This document shows, piece after piece, positions 1 through 13,128 of a stretch of DNA of 64,000 nt. Below the pieces are notes generated by a model. It made no database searches. It saw only the letters and a list, made by a program, of their open reading frames with translations, and was not told the origin of the DNA. Numbering within the stretch: the first letter of the stretch is position 1; every line of letters starts with the position of its first letter. Both the position numbers and the translations under genes were made by a program. The DNA comes from Bugula neritina (lineage: Eukaryota > Animalia > Bryozoa): contig OZ037767.1 in NCBI GenBank assembly GCA_964035545.1, positions 30,830,628 through 30,894,627 of the forward strand. Reading direction: 5' to 3'.

Positions 1-111
1 ATCATCGAGTATTTATGAAATTTTTATATTGCACAAACAAGAAAGAATCAGCTTTAATTTCACATTATTTTTGCTAATCTTCCTTTAATTACAGTTGACC
101 TCTATTCACAG

Positions 112-2781
112 GTGGATCTAGTTGAAGGATATGCAGAGATTAAGGATAGAATACAGAGACTTGTATCTGTTGAGATATCTGAACTAGAACTGTGTGATGT
201 CATGACTCTAGAGGTCAAAGGTTAGTTGGTATAAGCTGACTATTGTATATTCATGTAATACTGTGTTACTGAATATGTTGTATTTATGTTTACTATCTAC
301 ATCATAGTCATTCTATACTCTCTTATATTAATTACTAGATTTAATTGTATAGGAAAGATAGAACAATACAACTCATGTATAAAATACAATACCATGCATA
401 CCAGTTTACAAACATTACTTCTACTTGTCATATGATACGGTGTAGAGATCTTTGTATATACTCACTATACTTTTATACTCTTCATTAATCCATGTTGAAC
501 TAGCATTATATTTACTATTCTATAATATATTCACTACTTTTATATAATATATTCACTACTATTATATAATATATTTACTACTATTATATAATATATTCAC
601 TACTATTATATAATATATTCACTACTATTATATAATATACTCACTACTATTATATAATATATTCACTACTATCATATAATATATTTACTATTCTATAATA
701 TATTCACTACTTTTATATAATATATTCACTACTATTATATAATATATTTACTACTATTATATAATATACTCACTGCTATTATATAATATATTCACTACTA
801 TTATATAATATATTCACTACTATTATATAATATATTCACTGATATTATATAATATATTCACTACTATTATATAATATACTCACTGCTATTATATAATGTA
901 TTCACTACTATTATATAATATATTCACTACTATTATATAATATATTCACTACTATTATATATTATATTCACTGCTATTATATAATATATTCACTACTATT
1001 ATATAATATATTCACTACTATTATATAATATATTCACTACTATTCTATAATATATTCACTACTTTTATATAATATATTCACTGCTATTATATAATATATT
1101 CACTACTATTATATAATATATTCACTACTATTATATAATATATTCACTACTATTATATAATATATTCACTACTATTCTATAATATATTCACTGCTATTAT
1201 ATAATATATTCACTGCTATTATATAATATATTCACTGCTATTATTTAATAGACTTCCTACAAACTCACTTCATTTGTTGTATTCACTATTATATACCATT
1301 ATCTTCACTACTGTTACATTACATTATATTCTCTGTTGTTTTATGATATATTATTTCCATCACTAACATGTAGTACTATTTTTACTATTAATATATAATG
1401 TTATATTCACTGCTATTATATAATGTTATATTCCCTACAAATAGTATAGTATAATATATTTAAGTAGTATATTAAGTACTATTTTATAATATGTTTACTT
1501 TATGCTATTATTTACTTTACTACATTTATATATACTTTACAGGAGAGAAGAGAGACATAGAAGTAGATTTAGTTTCTGCAGCAGACGTTTCTATTAGTTT
1601 GGATCAAGGAGTGACAACTTCTACTCTTCCTAATTCCCTCGAACTCTTTCAGTCTGTTGATGTTTCTGATTATTGTTACTCAGTCTGTAGATATGAGGGT
1701 AACACTTATGTAGGACTGCCTGGTAGAGTAGACAGAGTAGATGAGAACTATAATGTTACTCAGTCATTTGTTACAGTCAGTGGTTCTGTGTTTGGTCTTA
1801 CAGCATATAAAGATCAGCTGTATAGTTTAGTGCGAGGTGGCCTTAATAATTGGAAAGTAAATGTGTATGACTTTAGTGGTCATCAGGTGACCAGCTGGTC
1901 TCACAGCGACAATGTTGGGTATAGCAATACTTTTGTTATAGTGGATGATCAGGTTGTAGTCCCTGATAGACAAAGTAAAAGACTCACAATCTACTCTCTT
2001 ACTGGGGAGGTAATTAAACAAGTGCCCTGCTCTCTACTTAGTAGCAGTTATACGGCTATATGTGCAGCAGACAGACATTGTGTAGTAGTTTCTAATTACA
2101 TTTCCTCTCAAGTATTTAAGTTGGACCTGACAACAGAGAAAGTCATCTGGACATGTAAGGATGTGACTGACCCACAAGGTATGACCAGCTATAGAAGTAA
2201 ATATATCCTTGTGACTAACCAAAGCAGTAAAACCACTATCTGGATACTGGATGTGAAGACAGGTTAGTTGGTGTTTATTCTACCATATGGGAAGCTCTTG
2301 TACACAAACACACATTATAGTTGGTTGGCATGTATGCTCTCAGTCTAACCTTTAGATGAAAGCTATTACATGCTATATCATCATATATTATTATTAACAA
2401 TGTATATGGTAGCTATAAAGTATAGAAAACCTTTGCCATATATAATGCAGTATAATATTATAGTCATTACATATAATATTATCATATATAATATAGTTTC
2501 TTATTAACAGAGTATACTGTAGCTAGAGAGTATAAAAATCCTTTGTCTTATATAATGTAGTATGACCCTGTAGTGGGGTCTTTGTTGACATAACAATAGA
2601 GAAAGTAATATGTTAAATAAAGAATATTACATCATTTCCTGTTACAGGCACACAGCTGGCTAAGATAGAAGATCCAACTGTTAGAGAGAATAGTAATGTA
2701 TTTGATCTCCATGTGTATAGAGACACTCTGATTGTACCCAGATGTGATGAGAAGAAAGTTCTGTTCTACCAGCTCAAATGA
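112..2781 (+). CDS. TRIM-like (RBCC + NHL-like beta-propeller) gene copy 1, 5'-partial; exons 112-220, 1543-2262, 2648-2781
   Basis: GT/AG exons with matching phases, homologous to the last three coding exons of copies 2-6; ends VLFYQLK-TGA. Upstream exons lie outside the window. Confidence 0.9.
509..1245. repeat. 20-bp AT-rich minisatellite (TATAATATATTCACTACTAT), ~36 units, intron 6 of copy 1
   Basis: Visible tandem repeat; shorter versions in the same intron of copies 2, 3, 5 and 6, absent in copy 4. Confidence 0.9.
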
Positions 2782-4400
2782 ACAGGTATTATTGTAATAT
2801 TGTGTTTTATAGTCAAAGGGGATCTCTTATATTTTTTAATATAATATATTGATAAATATATTTCATGCTGAGGCTTTAAACCTGTAAATTACTGAATTTA
2901 CTCCTTGTTTTCATTTGCTCATATAATATCCTCTAATCTTTTCGCTGCTGTCTTTATCTGAACAAATGAAGTTTTATAATCTTTGGCAATATTATTCCAT
3001 ATGATAGTGTGATGTACTTCCTGTTATGTTGATACTCACATCTGATTGGTGTATGTTTTAGGTCATGTGGAGATAACCCTTACACTGTGTCAAAATGCTT
3101 GCTAGTTCTTGAGTACACTTGAGAATATCTTAGTAGTTGTCTTCTTACTCTTACAATGTCCCAGTCAGTGCCAACTGTTTATATTGAGTATTGTTTAGTA
3201 AGTTGTAGCAATTTCCTAATATTTGTCTTTTACTTATCTCTTGGTTCTTTGATATTGAAAACAATCTTTCACGAAAAAGATATTATTTACTGATGGTGAA
3301 ATGATAATTGCATTTTGTTCTAGTAAATACGTGTAGGTTTGCATGCAGTGGCTGGTTTTATTATACAATTTGTATTTTGCTGAACAAAATCTTTTAATAT
3401 TATTCTTTCTTTTCCATATTTCACTTTGTTGTTTTTTACTTTAAAGATTCTTTTGAGTTTTGACAATTATTGTGGTGATTATGGTTGCTTGTAACGAATT
3501 TTAGTTGCAACATTTAATGTTTTATGGAAAGCTTATGATTGAGATTTCTTCAAATGCAATATATATGATTATAATTATTATGTTCCTGTTTCCCTCCTTT
3601 TTGACGTGCACTAGTTACACCCTAAATCCAAATGTAGGCAAAATTATTGAATTGATTATATGTTGAACAATATTATGATTCTTGAGTAGTTTGAAAATTG
3701 TTGTTTTCAATTCAGTTTTATTAGTAAGATTTCGAAGCACAAATCACTTGAATGCTGCAACTAATGAGAACTCATGAATTCACTGACAATTCTCATGTAA
3801 CTCACATATCCATATTCATATATAATCCACATTGTAGCAGACATATGCAATGTACAGCAGGTGTGCGCAATTTATCAGAAGTTCACTCTAGTAGATGTAC
3901 ATACTGTAGCAAACGTACAGTTTATATCTTACAAATTTTGTGGTTGTGAAAAACTTTAACCACAAGTTTTCCTTTCAACTGTTACAACATCTTACATATT
4001 TTTTAATATACAAATACAGTTTATAAAGAAGACAAGTCTAAAAGGGTGATAGCTAGACTATCAATTAGTTAGTTGAAATTGGTGATTAGCATCAGTTGTG
4101 AACATGAATTAGTTAATGTGAACTTGTTTTGTGTACTACTGCTGTAGCAAGTAAATGCTATTGACTTTTACTCAACAGACTCTTTTGATCGATACTTTAT
4201 ATGCAGAATGTACTTATATTCTGCAAATATATAATTTATATTATAGTATATACGCACACGCATCAAACTTATAACCATTTAGAGTTTAGAAAATTAGATA
4301 TTATTGCAGTGTGTAGGACAAAAAAACCCAGAGAGTTGTCATTCTCTAGTGACCATAAATCAATTTTCGCGACTTCAAGATGCGAAAACGGCATTGATAT

Positions 4401-4455
4401 TTCCGGTGGGAAATCCCCAAATAAAATTCTCAGTTAGAGTTTGGTGGAAAACTGG
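4401..4455 (+). promoter_or_regulatory. ETS-like (TTCCGGT) + NF-kB-like (GGGAAATCCCC, 4408-4418) sites and end of non-coding exon 1 (donor GTAAG at 4456), copy 2
   Basis: Match to kB consensus GGGRNNYYCC; same position in all five complete copies; matching acceptor TTTAG at 5924, 27 nt before the ATG. Confidence 0.65.
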
Positions 4456-5951
4456 GTAAGTTGAATATTGGCAAATACTAAAAGTTGTTATATCAATCTC
4501 GTAATATTTTTGTACCCGAATTAAAAGTTTTTTTGTGAATAAATTTATATCAATAGATGTGAACTCGACATTGGCCTTGGGACTGAGGTTCGCTGCACAA
4601 TTTCAACAACAACTTCAAGTTGAAGTTGTACTACAGTTATAGGTCTAAGACCAAAGTTCAGTTTCATTTTGATTGTAAAATGATCAGTATTAATATTAAA
4701 TATAATATGATTATTGCTAATTCGTTGTCTTAATACAAACCTCGTTTGTGTTTTACTGAGAAAGTGATTGTCTTCAGGCTGTTATAACTATTTTAAGTAA
4801 TTTTTGTTATACCTAAAATAATTATCTACTCGCTTGGCTCTGCCTTTATGATAATAAATGTAAAGCATCAATAGATTACCTTATTTTTGTGTAAGTTTCT
4901 GCAGGAGCAGGTATTTTGGGGTTGTGTAGTTTGGAAGTCTGCGTCTCACTTTTCAGCTGCTCTCTTCTACGGCTATCTCTGTGATTATTCATTTATTGCT
5001 AATTCGTTTTCTTAATACTAACATCGTTTGATTTTTACTTTGATAGTGATTGTCTACAGGCCTTGGATTCCTATACTATAGTTATACTTATATCTTTCAA
5101 CAATTCAGTAAATTGACCTAATTTTAAAATTGATAGATGTTGATTTTCAAATATACAGGCAATTTTAATTCCACAAGCATTAGCTTAAGAATCAGTATGA
5201 AAGCTAGTTTTGTTCTGAGTTTAATATTGACAATTGTAATGGATAGTATTTGCGCTTCCAAGTTTTTACAGTTTCTTTGCATGAAAAGTACCTAATTATG
5301 TGAAATGAAGTGCTCTTCAGTTAATAAAGTTTTCAGCCAGCATGTTGGCGATGAATTTTGCCTGCTGCATTGTGCAATTCTTTTTTTAGTCCGATGAATG
5401 AGATATGTATGAATTTTACTTAAACAAAGTATAACTTCTTACTTTCTAACTGATGGTTAAGCATCACAAGCCTAATCCATCTTTGCACATCAAATATTTA
5501 CATAAACATGTAATAAGTAGACAATTCTATTTCCCTGAAATGAATTGGAACAGCAGATAGTGTCTCATACTTTAGTGTCTTAAAAAGTATGGTTTTTGTG
5601 CCATTCAGCTAGAGTTTGAAGCACAAAATTCGTTCCTGTCATGTGATACTATCTACTCTACTCCTTTTGGAAATAATTTGGCAAGTTTTATATTAGGTTG
5701 ATTTTATACCCCTTAATCCACAGCTACTCAACATAGAAATAATCTCAATATATCTTATAATTAGTTCTTTTAGTCTTTTGTTTTCTAAATACTCACTTCA
5801 CATGAACTAACCAGATATTTTCGTGATAACTAAGTGAACTAGTTAGTCTGATATATACACATAGTCTTGTAAACACTCTTCAGTTTCTGTTCTGTAAAGA
5901 TTAACTAATGCATATTTATTTTAGGTATTTTGACACAGTTATTGAAACAAG

Positions 5952-8856
5952 ATGGCTGAAGCAGAACCCAGAGAGATAGAGTGTGGGTTTTGTTTGTTAA
6001 AGGAAGGTCTTGAGAACCCAAAGTCTCTACCCTGTGGTCACATACATTGTTTACTTTGTCTAACTAGAAATGTTGATGTGAATGACCTGATCAGATGTCC
6101 CTGGTGCAGGTAAATTATATTACAAACTATGCTATTCTCAGACTACAAGTGTATCTATTTAACTTCATAGTGTGACTCTGATGCATGTTGAGTGTACTTT
6201 CTATTATATTCTGCATTATATGTGTTACAGAGAAGTGTTTGATGTGAGTATAGAGACTCTGCCTTCTGCTGATGTAGAGGACAACTCCACATCATGCTTT
6301 GTCTGTACTAAGAAGGGGATGAAGAATATCCCAGCTGTGATATACTGTACTGTGTGCAGTAAACTCTTTTGTGAGAAACATCGAGAGGTACTTTAATGTT
6401 GATTATTCTTTCTGCGGAATTTAGATGTGTAAAAATTAATAAAGAAAAAAACAACATAGTGATTTCTGACATGAAATATATTTCATAGTCACATGATGAT
6501 ACCAATGATGACCACCAGCAGTTGACCATATCAGAATACAGAGTACAAGCTAAGAGACTGGAAAAAAGAGTTTGTTCTAAACATACAGACTACCAAATAT
6601 CTCAGGGATGTAAACTCTGTGCTCAACTGTTTTGTGTGCAGTGTTTATCTCAGGCCGACTCTTGTGCTGGAGGTGAAATTTTTATCTTGCTCCTAATATA
6701 ATTTATTCACATTTAGTGTGCATGATAATTGGGAAAAAATATTTACTATACTCTATAATGACTACAACATTCTTGTCTGTTGGCTTGAATTAGTTACTAG
6801 CTTGTACTCACACCTAGTAAATGGGATTTATATATACAAATTATAGTAAATTGATAACAATATTTGTGGTCGTCTAACTGAAATGACACCCAAATCATTG
6901 TGGATTCTGTTTATGCTTTATTCTGTAAAATTAACTGTAGTTTAGTAATACATTTCCAGGTTCACTGCATGACATGGCTGGGTTAGATGACCTCATCAAG
7001 AAACTGGGGAATGTAGAAGAACTGATTACTACAGAAGACAAAGTATCTTCTCTCTTCAAACAACTTTCTAAAACTATATCTGACTTTGATACTGAAACAG
7101 GAGAGTTACTAGACATTCTCCATACACAGCGTGATGAACAGGTGTGATTGATATCACATTTTCTAGAATGTGTTTGTTTCCTGTCACACCTTGTAAAGGT
7201 TTTAATGGTTTACTCGTATGTTTTAGTTGGCTGAGGTGGGACTAAAGTATGAGAAACTTGAAGAGGAGTTCTTAGCTAGTAGAAAGAAAACTAAAGATGC
7301 ACTGGATGCATACATGGAGAGAGAAGTTGGAACTGTTTTGTCTGAACTGAGTAAAAGTAGAATGAAGATAGAAGCTCAACTCAGACAAAACAATCAGGTG
7401 TGTAGAGTTGAGATACAAATAACTTGTGCTGAATAATTGAGTCTGAAGAACACATTATTGTGTAAGTTGTGCAACATTACTTAAGTTGTTAGAATTTTAT
7501 TTTATATCTTTCAAAAGTCTCTAGGTTTGCTTCCAAAATATTGTTTGAACTGGTCTTAAACATACAGGATAATTGCATCGCATGATTATCTGCTGTACTT
7601 GAAAATAATTTTGCCTTTGTGAATAAATGTAAATTGTTGAATTGATAGGATAGTTTTTTAAAGAGGGAAATATTTTCAAGATTTTGAGAAACCCCTGAGT
7701 GAACTCATGGTCCACTAGTGACTAAAGTACAAGTATATTTCATAGTCAGATGTTAAAGGGATAATTTCTGAACTCTTGTTTGTTTTTATATTCAAAAACT
7801 TTCAAATCAAATTTAGACGCGGGTTTAGCTGTATGGCCTTTTAGGTTTGTAAAAACACATATTGCATGTTTTTATTAAATAGCAGTGAGTGAGTGACATT
7901 TATTGAGTGGTATTAATCAAGTAAGAAATAGCATGAATTTCATATTATTGTTACTATTGGTATGTTAATCTTCCTTTAATTATAGTTGATCTCTATTCAC
8001 AGGTGGATCTAGTTGAAGGATATGCAGAGATTAAGGATAGAATACAGAGACTTGTATCTGTTGAGATACCTGAACTAGAACTGTATGATGTCATGACTCT
8101 AGAGGTCAAAGGTTAGTTGGTATAAGCTGACTATTATATATTCATGTAGTACTGTGTTACTGAATATGTTGTATTTATGTTTACTATCTACATCATAGTC
8201 AATCTATACTCTATTATATTAATTACTAGATTTAGTTGTATAAGAAAGATAGAACATTACAACTCATGTATAGAATACAATAACCATACATACCAGTTTA
8301 CAAACATTACTTCTATTTGTCATATAATACAGTGTAGAGATCATTGTATAAACTCACTTTACTTTTATACTCTTTTAAACCCCATGTTGATCTATCATTA
8401 TACTTGCTACCATTATATAATATATTTACTACTATTATATATTATATTCACTGCTATTATACAATATATTTACTGCTATTATATAATATATTCACTACTA
8501 TTATATAATATATTTACTACTATGATATAATATATTCACTACTATGATATAATATATTCACTACTATTATATAATATATTCACTACTATTATATAATATA
8601 TTCACTACTATTATATAATGTATTCACTACTATTATATAATATATTCACTACTATTATATAATATATTTACCATTATCATATAATATATTCACTACTATT
8701 ATATAATATATTCACTACTATTATATAATATATTTACTACTATTATATAATATATTCACTACTATTATATAATATAGTCCCACTAATATACAAATGTTCA
8801 ACTATAAACAGATATTGTTTCTACCATTTAATAATTTGATTTTACATAACATAATA

Positions 8857-8908
<52 letters not shown>

Positions 8909-10154
8909 TTTACAGGAGAGAAGAGAGACATAGAAGTAGATTTAGTTTTTACAGCAGACGTATCTATTAGTTTGGATCAAGGAGTGACAACTTCTACTCT
9001 TCCTAATTCTCTCAAACTCTTGCAGTCTGTTGATGTTTCTAGAGGTTGTTACTCAGTTTGTAGCTATGAGGGTAACACTTATGTAGGACTGTATGGTGAT
9101 GGAGTAGATAGAGTAGATGAGAACTATAATGTTACTCAGTCATTTGTTACTGTCAGTGGTTCCGTGTGTGGTCTTACAGCATATAAAGATCAGCTGTACA
9201 CTTTAGTGCGAGGTGGCAGTAATAATTGGAAGGTAAAAGTGTATGACTTTAGTGGGAATCAGGTGACCAGCTGGACCCATAGTGATAATACTTGGTCTAC
9301 CAATACACTTGCTATAGTTAATGATCACGTTGTAGTCCCTGATAGACTAAATAGAAGACTCACAATCTACTCTCTTACTGGAGAGGTAATTAAACACATA
9401 CCCTGCCCTGTGCTTAGTAACCATCGTGTAGCTATATGTGCAGCAGACAGACATTGTGTAGTAGTTTCTGATTACAATTCTTCTCGAGTATTTAAGTTGG
9501 ACCTGACAACCGAGAAAGTCATCTGGACATGCAAGGATGTGACTAACCCACAAGGTGACCTGCTATAGAAGTAAATATATTCTTGTGACTAACTACAGCA
9601 GTAAAACCACTATCTGGATACTGGATGTGGAGACAGGTTAGTTGGTGTTTATTCTACCATATGGGAAGCTCTTGTACACAAACACACATTATAGTTGGTT
9701 GGCATGTATGCTCTCAGTCTAACCTTTAGATGGAAGCTATTACACGCTATATCATCATATATTATTACTAACAAGGTATGTGGTAGCTGCAAAGTATAGA
9801 AAACCTTTGCTATATAAAATGCAGTATAGATTTGTAGTCATTACATATTATATTATCATATGCAATATAGTTTTTTATTAACAGAGTATACAGTAGCTAG
9901 AGAGTATAAAAATCTTTTGTCTTATATAATGTAGTATGACCCTGTAGTGGGGTCTTTGTTGACATAACAATAGAGAAAGTAATATGTTAAATAAAGAATA
10001 TTACATTATATCCTGTTACAGGCACACAGCTGGCTAAGATAGAAGATCCAACTGTTAGAGAGAATAGTAGTGTATTTGATTTTCATGTGTATAGAGACAC
10101 TCTGATTGTACCCAGACGTGATGACAAGAAAGTTCTGTTTACCAGCTGAAATGA
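5952..10154 (+). pseudogene. TRIM-like copy 2 with a 2-nt deletion in the propeller exon; exons 5952-6109, 6231-6387, 6489-6672, 6960-7141, 7227-7397, 8003-8111, 8916-9636, 10022-10154
   Basis: RING-HC CGFC..CGHIHCLLC..CPWC, two B-boxes, coiled coil. Exon 7 is 721 nt (CAAGGTGACC vs CAAGGTGTGACC), giving PQGDLL-stop at 9566-9568. Could be an assembly error. Confidence 0.75.
8410..8907. repeat. 20-bp minisatellite (~18 units, to ~8775) and (TA)n tract (~8863-8907) just before the exon 7 acceptor, copy 2
   Basis: Visible repeats; same arrangement in copy 6. Confidence 0.85.
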
Positions 10155-11789
10155 ACAGGTATTATATAATGCTGTGTTTTTTTAGTCAAAAGGGATCTCC
10201 CATTTTATTTAATATATATTGACAAATATATTTCATGTAGATACTTTAAACCTGTAAATTACAGAATTTACTCCTTGTTTTCATTTGCTCATATATTATC
10301 CTCTAATCTTTTCACTGCTGTCAATCTTTCTCTCAGCAAATTATGAAGTTTCATAATCTTTGACAATATAATTCCATATGATAGTGTGATGTACTTCCTG
10401 TTATGTTGATACTCACATCTGATTGGTGTATGTTGTAGTTCATGTGGAGATAACCCTTACACTGTGTCAAAATGCTTGCTAGTTCTTGAGTACACCTGAG
10501 AATGTCTTAGTAGTTGCCTTCTTACTCTTAGAATGTCTCAGTCAGTGCCAACTGTTTATATTAAATATTGTTTAGTAAATTGTAGCAATTTCCTAATATT
10601 TGTCCTTTACTTATCTCTTTGTTCTTTGATATTGAAAACAATATTTCACAATATTAATATTATTTACTGATAGTGAAATGATAATTGCACTTTGTTCTGG
10701 TAAATACGTGTAGGTTTGCATGCAGTTGCTGATTTTATTATACAATCTTATATCGTTTGTATTTTGCTGAAAAAACCTTTTAATGTCATTGTTTCTTTTC
10801 CATATTTCACTTTATTGTTTTTTTACTTTCAAAGCTAATTTTGAGTTTTGACAATTATTGTGGTGATTATGGTTGCTTGTAACGAGTTTAGTTGCAACAT
10901 TTAATGTTTTATGGAAAGTTTATGATTGAGATTTCTTCAAATACAATATATATAATTATAATTATTTTGTTCCTGTTTCCCTCCTTTTTGACAGGCACTA
11001 GTTACACCCTAAATCAAAATGTAGGCAAAATTATTGAATTGATTATATGTTGAACAATATGATTCTTGAATAGTTTGAAAATTGTTGTTTTAAATTCAAA
11101 TTTATTAGTAAGATTTCGAAGCACAAATCATCTGAATGCTGCAACTAACGAGAACTCAAGAACTCACTGACAGTTATCATGTAACTCACATATCTATATT
11201 CATGCATAATCCACATTGTAGCAGGTATATGCAGTGTACAGCTGGTGTGCACAATTTATCATAAGTGCATTTTAGTAGATGTACATACTGTAGCAAACGT
11301 ACAGTTTATATCTTACAAATTTTGTGGTTGTGAAAAACTTTAACCACTGGTTTTTCTTTCAACTGTTACAACATTCCTACATATTTTTTTAATATACAAA
11401 TACATCTTATAAAGAAGACAAGTCTAAAAGAGTGATAGCTAGAGTATCAATAAGTTAGTTGAAATTGGTGATTAGTATCAGTTGTCAATATGAAATAGTA
11501 AATGTAAACTTGTTGGGTGCACTACTGCTGTAGGAAGTAAATGCTATTGACTTTTACTCAACAAACTCTTTTGATCGATACTATGTTTTCCGAATGTTCT
11601 TATATATGCGGCAAAGATATTATTTATATTATAGTATATACGCACACGCATCAAACTTATAACCATATTTTAGACTTTAAAGAATTAGATATTATTGCAT
11701 TGTGCAAGGCAAAAAACAATAGAGTTGTCCTGCCTTCGTGAGCATAAAATAATTTTTGAGACTTCAAGCCGCGAAAACGGCATTGCTAT

Positions 11790-11844
11790 TTCCGGTGGGG
11801 AATCCCCAAATAAAATTCTCAGTTAGAGTTTGGTAGAAAAGTAG
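11790..11844 (+). promoter_or_regulatory. ETS-like + NF-kB-like (GGGGAATCCCC, 11797-11807) sites and non-coding exon 1 donor (11845), copy 3
   Basis: Near-palindromic p50-type kB site at the homologous position. Confidence 0.65.
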
Positions 11845-13128
11845 GTAAGTTGAATATTGGCATATACTGAAAGTTGTTATATCAATTTATGCTTGTACCT
11901 TTGGCCTCAAAATATGGTAATATTTTTGAACCCGCATTGAAGGTTTTTTTGTGATTAAATTTATATCAATAGATGTGAACTCGACATTGGCCTTGGGACT
12001 GAGGTTCGCTGCACAATTTCAGCAACAACTTCAAGTTGAAGTTGTACTACAGTTATAAGTCTAAGACCAAAGTTCAGTTTCATTTTGATTGTAAAATGAT
12101 CAGTATAAATAATAAATATAATATGATTATTGCTAATTCGTTGTCCTAATACTAACGTCGTTTGATTTTTACTTTGATAGTGATTGTCTACAGGCCTCAG
12201 ATTCCTATACTATAGTTATAATTTTATCTTTCAACAATTCAGTAAATTGACCTAAACTTAAAATTGATAGATGTTATTACTCAAATATACAAGTGATTTT
12301 TACTTGACAAGCATTAGATTAAAATTAGCATGAAAGCTTGTTTTGTTCTGAGTTTAATATTGACAATTGTAATGGATGGTATTTGCGCTTCCATATTTTT
12401 ACAGTTTCTTTGCATAAAAAGTACCATATTTTGTGAAAAGAAGTGCTCTTCAGTTAATAGAGTTTTCAGCCAGCGTGTTGGCAGTGAATGTTGCCTGCTG
12501 CATTGTGCAAGTCTTTTTTTAGTCAGATGAATGAGACATGTATAAATGTTACTTAAACAAAGTATAACTTCTTACTTTCTAACTGATAGTTAAGCATCAT
12601 CTATCATTAATACTGCATTTCTGTCTTTGCACCTCAAATATTTACATAAACATATAATAAGTAGAAGAATCTATTTCCCTGAAATGAATTGGAACAGCAG
12701 AGAGTGTCTCAAACTTTAGCGTCTTAAAGAGTATGATTTTAGTACCATTCTGCTAAAATGGTACTAAAAGCACTAAATTTGTTCCTGTTTTGTGATGCTA
12801 TCTACTCTACACCTTTTGGAAATAATTTGACAAGCTTTATATTAGGTTGAATTTATACCCTAAGTCCACAGGTATTCAACATAGAAATAATCTCAATATA
12901 TCTTATAATTAGTTCTTTTAGTCTTTTTTGCATTCTAAATACTAAATACTCACTTCACATGAACTAACCTTGTATTTTTGTGATAACTAAGTGAACACAG
13001 CTATAGTTATGACTACTAGTTAATCTAATATATACACATAGTCTTGTAAACACTCTTCAGTTTCTTTTCTGTAAAGATTAAGTAATGCATATTTATTTTA
13101 GGTATTTTGACACATTTATTGAAACAAG

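Noticed and set aside
3752-3949. Recurrent small ORFs in intergenic/intronic parts of the repeat unit (MLQLMRTH..., MFTIYIIV...) and antisense ORFs over exons
   Set aside because: They recur only because the unit is duplicated and are disrupted in some copies; no coding signal.
3965-4670. ISRE/IRF-like motifs (AGTTTTCCTTTC, AGTTTCATTTT) and the TTTTCGC...GCGAAAA inverted pair near the promoter
   Set aside because: Imperfect, degenerate in some copies and likely by chance in AT-rich DNA.
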